Virus record (IMG/VR): IMGVR_UViG_3300049170_000065
Span: 1-40,488 of that record
DNA: 40,488 nucleotides
Source: a virus
Taxonomy: Duplodnaviria; Caudoviricetes
Strand: one strand, 5' to 3'
Notes under the pieces: generated by a model
What the model was told of the DNA's origin: nothing
What the model saw: only the letters and a program-made list of their open reading frames with translations
The model's database searches: none
Shown here: positions 35,577 through 40,488 of the stretch, one piece after another
Layout of the letters: every line of letters begins with the position of its first letter
How positions within the stretch are numbered: the first letter of the stretch is position 1
Program-made: the position numbers and the translations under genes

Positions 35577-35607
35577 CATGTCATCGGCAGGCGAGAGGAG
35601 CCCGGAG

Positions 35608-36111
35608 ATGGACACCACCACCGCAGCGCAGCAGGCCAAGGTCACCACCGCCACCATCCGCACCTGGTGCCGGATCGGCGCCGTCGCCGCCACCAAGCAG
35701 GCCGGCCGGTGGACCATCGACGCCGCCTCCCTCGCCCGCCGCATCGCCCTCACCCCCCGCAAGACCCCCAAGAAGATCATCTACAGCGTCGAGACCATGA
35801 CCGCCATCGGCGGCAGCCGCTGGACCAAAGCCGGACACGACCGCGTCTACATCAACAACTGGGCCGACTTCGCCGGGCTGGAGATCACCCGCTACAACAC
35901 CGGCAACATCTCCGGCGCCTCCTGGCAGGGCCAGGGCATCTCCAACTCCCAGGGCGCCAAGCTCGCCGCCTCCATCGACAAGATCTGGTTCGACGCCGCC
36001 ACCGGCAAGATCCACTGCCGCTACGGCTACACCGAATCCCGCGTCGCCACCCGGGACGAGGTCTTCGACGCCACCGTCGCCGGCATCCGCCGCGCCATCG
36101 CCGCCCTCTAG
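35608..36111 (+). CDS. N-terminal excisionase/MerR-type HTH fused to an unknown domain
   Basis: MDTTTAAQQAKVTTATIRTWCRIGAVAATKQAGRWTID; GAGGAG RBS. Confidence 0.8.
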   Translation: MDTTTAAQQAKVTTATIRTWCRIGAVAATKQAGRWTIDAASLARRIALTPRKTPKKIIYSVETMTAIGGSRWTKAGHDRVYINNWADFAGLEITRYNTGNISGASWQGQGISNSQGAKLAASIDKIWFDAATGKIHCRYGYTESRVATRDEVFDATVAGIRRAIAAL

Positions 36112-36122
36112 AAAGCTACGGA

Positions 36123-36671
36123 ATGGACGAGTACTACACCATCCACTGGGACAAGCTCCGCGCCCTGGACGACCGCGCCCAGCTCGACGTCCTCGCCCGC
36201 CTCGGCGCCCACGCCACCGCCGAAGCCAAAGCCGAACGCGCCCGCATCGTCGCCCGCACCGTCCTCAACCTCGGGTCGCAGCGCGCCGCCGCCGCCCACC
36301 TCCACATGAAGACCGCCCGCCTGGGGCAGATCTGGAAGGACCACGAGAAGATGACCCTCACCTACACCGCCGCGATCTGCACCGACTCCAGCACCGTTGC
36401 CGGCGACTACTGCGACGTGTCCGTCGCCGCCGACGAGCTCGTCGGCTACCGGGAGGACGACGACGGCAACGCGACCCCCCAGTACGCCATGGGGTCCACC
36501 GTGGTCCTGGAGGCCATCGAGACCGGCGTCCGGGTGGACGACGACGACAAGCTGGAGAAGGCCGAGAAGGCCGCCGAGAAGATCCTCGAAGACCAGGGGT
36601 GGACGGTGACCGGCCCCTGGAAGGCCTCCGACAACGCCATGTACGCCCAGGTCGAGCGTAACGACAACTAG
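36123..36671 (+). CDS. HTH-like N-terminus plus acidic C-terminal domain
   Basis: GSQRAAAAHLHMKTARLGQI; acidic second half. Confidence 0.7.
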   Translation: MDEYYTIHWDKLRALDDRAQLDVLARLGAHATAEAKAERARIVARTVLNLGSQRAAAAHLHMKTARLGQIWKDHEKMTLTYTAAICTDSSTVAGDYCDVSVAADELVGYREDDDGNATPQYAMGSTVVLEAIETGVRVDDDDKLEKAEKAAEKILEDQGWTVTGPWKASDNAMYAQVERNDN

Positions 36672-36696
36672 TCGAGACCCACAGAAGGAGCCCCCC

Positions 36697-36984
36697 ATGA
36701 TCACGAAGATCACTGCCGACGACATCCGCGACCTGTACGACGCCAACCTGCGGTTCGAGGCGTCCGGTGGCGCCCCGTCCGGCCACAACGACCAGCTCGG
36801 ACCCGTCCTCGCTCTGCGCGACGGGCAGGTGCAGGTGATGCCGGAGCTGACGGCCGTCGCCCAGCGCGCCCGCATCCTCTACACCGGCGACCAGCTCGAC
36901 TCCTGGCTCGACGGCACGGAGCTGCGGAACGGCGAGGCGGAGACGATCGCCGCCGAGGCGACGGCGGATCTCACGAATCCCTGA
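36697..36984 (+). CDS. Small acidic hypothetical protein (95 aa)
   Basis: GAAGGAG RBS. Confidence 0.7.
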   Translation: MITKITADDIRDLYDANLRFEASGGAPSGHNDQLGPVLALRDGQVQVMPELTAVAQRARILYTGDQLDSWLDGTELRNGEAETIAAEATADLTNP

Positions 36985-37009
36985 CACGCGCGCCCCCGCC
37001 GGTTAGAGT
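36981..37009 (+). promoter_or_regulatory. Candidate promoter for the mini-array
   Basis: CTGACA-17-TAGAGT. Confidence 0.55.
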
Positions 37010-37042
37010 GGCACCCACAGACCCGAGACCCGCGCACGCGGG

Positions 37043-37193
37043 AATGCCCCGCCTCGCGCGGGAGTGGACCAGATGCCGGCGGCTGAGCCGTCTACTGCAC
37101 GGTCAATGTCCCGCGCACGCGGGAGTGGACCCGATGCTAGAGACCGCGGCGTCTAAAGCATGGTCAATGTCCCGCGCACGCGGGAAGATCACC
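37043..37193 (+). CRISPR. Type I-E-like mini-array: 3 repeats, 2 spacers, no cas genes in window
   Basis: Repeats 37043-37071 (degenerate), 37104-37132 CAATGTCCCGCGCACGCGGGAGTGGACCC, 37165-37193 (degenerate 3' end); 32 nt spacers; 61 bp period; extra hairpin copy at 37029-37042. Confidence 0.85.
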
Positions 37194-37194
37194 G

Positions 37195-37230
37195 GAAGCC
37201 CCGGCTCCACGGCCGGGGCTTTCCCCTTTT
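37195..37230 (+). terminator. Intrinsic terminator closing the mini-array
   Basis: AAGCCCCGGC-TCCACG-GCCGGGGCTT followed by TCCCCTTTT. Confidence 0.8.
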
Positions 37231-37269
37231 CCCAGGACGTGCGCGCTCCGCCGGATGCACCATGGGGAC

Positions 37270-37422
37270 ATGGACGACGACCTGCCCGACGACGAGTGGT
37301 TCGCCTGGTTCCGGGAGCAGGCGGGAATCCACGAGGAGGACCTGCCGCCGATGACGCTGGCCGCGCGCGAGCAGGCCATGGCCGCGTACACGGACCGCAA
37401 AGACCGCGCCAAGGAGCGCTGA
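37270..37422 (+). CDS. 50 aa acidic protein
   Basis: Not in track; MDDDLPDDEWFAWFREQAGIHEEDLPP...; possibly leaderless. Confidence 0.5.
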   Translation: MDDDLPDDEWFAWFREQAGIHEEDLPPMTLAAREQAMAAYTDRKDRAKER

Positions 37423-37451
37423 GGCGACGGCAGTGAGGGCAGCGGGGGCGT

Positions 37452-37829
37452 ATGCCGACCTGGCTGCCGCCCTACGACGACTCCGACCGGTGGGCCCGAC
37501 GCGCCGCCGCGTGGGCCGCATCCCTGCTCCCGCCGGAACTCACCCGCGCCGTCCCCGAACTCGCCACCCGCCCCCGCGCGGCCGGCCGGGTCGCCTGGTA
37601 CTGGATGCTCGCCACCCTGGCCGCACGGGGCCGCGACCAGGAGACCCTGTCCATGTCCGCCGTCATCCCCTGCGGCGCGCTCGACGGGCTCCTCGGCGAG
37701 GACGACACCGCGATGCTGCGGGCCTTGGAGGTGCCCCTCGACCGGGACACCCCCGCGAGCGAGCTGGAGAAGCGGCTCGAAGAGCTGCGGGAGGTCGGGC
37801 ACCGGTTGCCGGTGAAGTTCCCGCAATAA
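37452..37829 (+). CDS. Hypothetical protein (125 aa)
   Basis: Open frame followed by a hairpin at about 37835-37866. Confidence 0.55.
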   Translation: MPTWLPPYDDSDRWARRAAAWAASLLPPELTRAVPELATRPRAAGRVAWYWMLATLAARGRDQETLSMSAVIPCGALDGLLGEDDTAMLRALEVPLDRDTPASELEKRLEELREVGHRLPVKFPQ

Positions 37830-37949
37830 GAAGAGCGCCCCGCCCTCCGTGAGGAGGACGGGGCGGGAGAGGCGGCCGAAGCACGTCTCCGGGGGGAACC
37901 ACAACCGTAACCCGGGGCGCGGCGAAGAGCTAGAGGTGGCCGAGGGCGG

Positions 37950-38291
37950 TCACACCACCGGCGCGGACGGGGTGGCGGGCGAGGACTGGGCGCGACCCAA
38001 CAGCGCCAGCCCGGACACGATGACGGCGTTCAGGCCGCCGATCAGCTCCGGCGACGCCTCGAACCCGAACGATGAGGTCAGCGCCGCCACCGTCGCGACC
38101 ACCCCCACGAACGCCTGCGGCGCCACCGGCCTGGTCGCCGCCGCGGCCACCGCACCAAACACCGCCGACACGACCGCGACGGCCAGGCCGGCCTGCTCCG
38201 TCGACAGCGGCAACCCGAGGGCGATACCCAGCGACAGGACCGCGCCGATCGACTGGAGGATAAGAGCGGGCTCCCGCCCGAAGATCTTCAC
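37950..38291 (-). CDS. Holin
   Basis: KIFGREPAL..., multiple TM segments, directly after endolysin. Confidence 0.78.
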   Translation of the reverse strand: MKIFGREPALILQSIGAVLSLGIALGLPLSTEQAGLAVAVVSAVFGAVAAAATRPVAPQAFVGVVATVAALTSSFGFEASPELIGGLNAVIVSGLALLGRAQSSPATPSAPVV

Positions 38292-38361
38292 AATGACTCC
38301 TGACATGCGAAAACCCCGCACGCGGGCGGGGCAACGGTCAATCTCGGGTTGATGCTTCGGG

Positions 38362-39348
38362 CTACTTGTCGGCGAGATAGAGGGTGGCCTTGCCGCCGCG
38401 CCACTCGGCGCCGTCGACCAGTGCGGTGACGTAGACGCGCAGCCGCTCGTCGTCGTGCGTCACCTCGGTGACCGGAACGGCGAACTCGGTGGTCGTCTGC
38501 ACCACCCCGCGGAACACCGGGTCAGGTGTGGCGTCCGCACCCGCCGCGCCCTTCACCTTGCCCAGCTCGACCTTGTACGCCACGGGCACGAGAGCCCCGG
38601 CGGCGTCGAGGGCGACGACCTGGCCGCGCACGTCGCCCAGGACCTTCTTGTTGGCGAAGGCGATGGTCGCGTACCGGTCGTCCTTGCTGATCTTCTTCTC
38701 GGTGCCGTTGTCGAAGAGCACGCACACCCGCTCGCCCTTGGGGAGCTTCTGCGTGATGGACGAGGAAAGCCAGGTCAGATCGGCCATGTCGAGATGATCC
38801 TCCGGTTCGGGGTCGGGCGCCGGCGCCGCACTGCCGTGCGCGGGCGAGCGGGTGAAGGTGCCGTTGCGGACCATGGCGTAGGCCGCATTACCCGGGCACG
38901 ACGTGGCGATGAAGTCTCGGTGGCCCTTCACGGTCCCCGCGATGCTGGTGACCGGCTCCATCAGCCACTGCCGCAGCTCACGGACGGCGTTGATCTGCTC
39001 GTCGGTGATCGCGTCCTTCGGCCCGGTCGCCAGCGTGCAGGAGTAGTAGGTCGAGTTGCCGCCCGGCTGCGCCGCCTGGGTCTTGAACAGGCCGCGGCCC
39101 TCCAGTACGTTCCCGTGCGGGCAGGCCATGAACGAATATCCGATGTCCGCCCACCCGCGTGACGGGCCGGTGTGGAACGTGCGGGTGGCCTTCCAGTACG
39201 CGACGCATGCCGAGTGGGGCTTGTTGGCGAGGTTCTGGTTCGCCGAGTCGTAGTGGATGACCAGGCCCGACTTGGGGTCGGCGTAGCCCGCCGGGGACGC
39301 CCCCCACCCGAGGTCGGACCGGGACACGTACTTGCTGGGTCGAGGCAC
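38362..39348 (-). CDS. Endolysin, N-acetylmuramoyl-L-alanine amidase (Amidase_2/PGRP)
   Basis: VIHY, GWADIGYSF, LEGRG, GHRDFIATSCPG. Confidence 0.92.
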   Translation of the reverse strand: MPRPSKYVSRSDLGWGASPAGYADPKSGLVIHYDSANQNLANKPHSACVAYWKATRTFHTGPSRGWADIGYSFMACPHGNVLEGRGLFKTQAAQPGGNSTYYSCTLATGPKDAITDEQINAVRELRQWLMEPVTSIAGTVKGHRDFIATSCPGNAAYAMVRNGTFTRSPAHGSAAPAPDPEPEDHLDMADLTWLSSSITQKLPKGERVCVLFDNGTEKKISKDDRYATIAFANKKVLGDVRGQVVALDAAGALVPVAYKVELGKVKGAAGADATPDPVFRGVVQTTTEFAVPVTEVTHDDERLRVYVTALVDGAEWRGGKATLYLADK

Positions 39349-39387
39349 GACCCCTCCTTGGAAACAGACGTATGTGGAGAAATCGGG

Positions 39388-39708
39388 TCAGCGCCGGTGG
39401 CGGGCGCGCTCGGCGCGGGCAGCGCGCTGCGTACTCACCAGCAGCACCACCGCACCAACGAAGATCGCGAGGATGCCGAGAAGCAGCGCACTGCGCACCC
39501 ACACGAAGAACACGAACTCGCCGAACACCACCCGCAGCGCGCCCAGCGTCATCATCAGCGCCACGATCAGCATGAACGCGAACAAGCCGCGCCCCACCGT
39601 GGTGACCTCCCACCTCACCCGGAAGAAGAAGTAGCCAAGAAACGTCCACGACGTGACGGCCAGCGCGAACACCACAACATTCCCGACGGCGTCCGCGAGC
39701 ACGGTCAT
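39388..39708 (-). CDS. Three-TM lysis-cassette membrane protein
   Basis: Hydrophobic segments; W..T.VGR motif; upstream of endolysin. Confidence 0.7.
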   Translation of the reverse strand: MTVLADAVGNVVVFALAVTSWTFLGYFFFRVRWEVTTVGRGLFAFMLIVALMMTLGALRVVFGEFVFFVWVRSALLLGILAIFVGAVVLLVSTQRAARAERARHRR

Positions 39709-39911
39709 CGCCCCTCCCTCAACGCAGCCAGGATCAACTGGCTGAAGTGGTTCTCCTCCCGCTGCGCCTTGAGCCGGCGGGCGATACTGCGGGCCTCATG
39801 GCCCTCCTCGCGGGCCTCTCGCAGTGCCTGCTCGGCGCGCTCCCGCGCCTCACGGGCCTCGTCAGCGTCACCCGGAGGTGGCTGCTGGCGCTTCCGGAAC
39901 CGCCACTTCAT
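39705..39911 (-). CDS. Lysis-cassette coiled-coil protein
   Basis: REENHFSQLI motif; ATGA overlaps. Confidence 0.7.
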   Translation of the reverse strand: MKWRFRKRQQPPPGDADEAREARERAEQALREAREEGHEARSIARRLKAQREENHFSQLILAALREGR

Positions 39912-40183
39912 CCGCGACCACCCGCCCCCGCACTGTCCCGCAGCGCCTCCAGGATCTGCACCGTCGTGCGCCCCATCTCCAACAGCTCCCGCTGCTGCTC
40001 GTCGCGCTCCGCAGCCCGCCGCTCAGACGCCTCCGCCGCGGCCTTCCAGTCGGCGACCCGGTCGTCCATGACGCTGCGCGGCACGAGCCGACCGGTGAGC
40101 ACCAGCAGCACGACCAGGGAGACGATGCCGGACAGCCCCAGGCCGGACCACGGCAGCAGTTCGGTCAACTCGGCCACAATCAC
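39908..40183 (-). CDS. Lysis-cassette membrane protein
   Basis: One TM then GRLVPRS...WKAA coiled coil. Confidence 0.7.
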   Translation of the reverse strand: MIVAELTELLPWSGLGLSGIVSLVVLLVLTGRLVPRSVMDDRVADWKAAAEASERRAAERDEQQRELLEMGRTTVQILEALRDSAGAGGRG

Positions 40184-40195
40184 CTCCGGTGGGGT

Positions 40196-40435
40196 CTACG
40201 GTTCGGGGTCGGGGGCGACGTCGGTCGACCACGGGGTCGACTCGTCGGTGGTCTCGACAGTGCGGGTGCGTACCCGCACCTGGTAGAAGCCCTTGAGGAC
40301 GCCGACCAGTGCCACGGTCAGGGCGTCGGCGTCCGGCCCCTCGTGGACCACGATCTGCTGCGGGTCCTCCTGCGGGTACTCGTTGTGGACGCCGGCGTAC
40401 TCGATGTACCGCCGGGTGTCGGTGTTCGTGGTCAT
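40196..40435 (-). CDS. Hypothetical phage protein (79 aa)
   Basis: AGGAG RBS. Confidence 0.6.
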   Translation of the reverse strand: MTTNTDTRRYIEYAGVHNEYPQEDPQQIVVHEGPDADALTVALVGVLKGFYQVRVRTRTVETTDESTPWSTDVAPDPEP

Positions 40436-40488
40436 AGGTCTCCTACTCGGGTTCGCCGGGGTTGGACCCGCCGGGCGGGGGCGGCGGC

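Larger units (their letters stand above)
1..40488. mobile_element. Temperate actinophage (partial genome) with conjugation-type accessory region
   Basis: Endolysin/holin, serine integrase, divergent repressor/cro, RecE/RecT-like, WhiB, initiator and helicase in phage order; tightly coupled start/stop overlaps (ATGA/GTGA); no host housekeeping genes. Confidence 0.93.

Noticed and set aside
37008-37436. 142 aa ORF across the mini-array
   Set aside because: No RBS; its repeated PAHAG peptides are simply translated CRISPR repeats
38312-38333. CCCGCACGCGGG resembling the CRISPR repeat core
   Set aside because: Lacks the handle and flanks; better explained as a minus-strand hairpin with a T-run between endolysin and holin
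1-40488. cas genes, reverse transcriptase, transposase, tRNA
   Set aside because: No supporting motifs recognised by eye; the RecE-like nuclease lacks the Cas4 Fe-S cysteine pattern

Overview
High-GC actinomycete temperate phage DNA. Read on the minus strand, the order is lysis cassette (38-40.5 kb), a ~16 kb accessory region, large serine integrase, repressor/cro switch, recombination genes (RecE/RecT-like, DnaQ-like, C5 methylase, RuvC), WhiB, antirepressor, many small early genes, an iteron-containing replication initiator plus DnaB-like helicase, a stray MuF-like gene and a Zn-ribbon putative late regulator. No host housekeeping gene interrupts the lysis-integrase-repressor junction, so this looks like the unintegrated (attP-intact) arrangement. 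The accessory region is unusual. It carries (i) a Streptomyces-type conjugation module (TraB-like FtsK ATPase, clt-like repeat cluster, DUF2637 Spd-like protein, Nudix hydrolase); (ii) a second initiator with its own iterons; (iii) two small operons behind near-consensus promoters overlapped by perfect 17-18 bp inverted repeats, with the layout of acr-aca loci; and (iv) a cas-less type I-E-like CRISPR mini-array (three repeats, 61 bp period) with its own candidate promoter and terminator, whose two spacers are 22/32 identical to each other. All product calls come from motif recognition by eye; no database searches were run.
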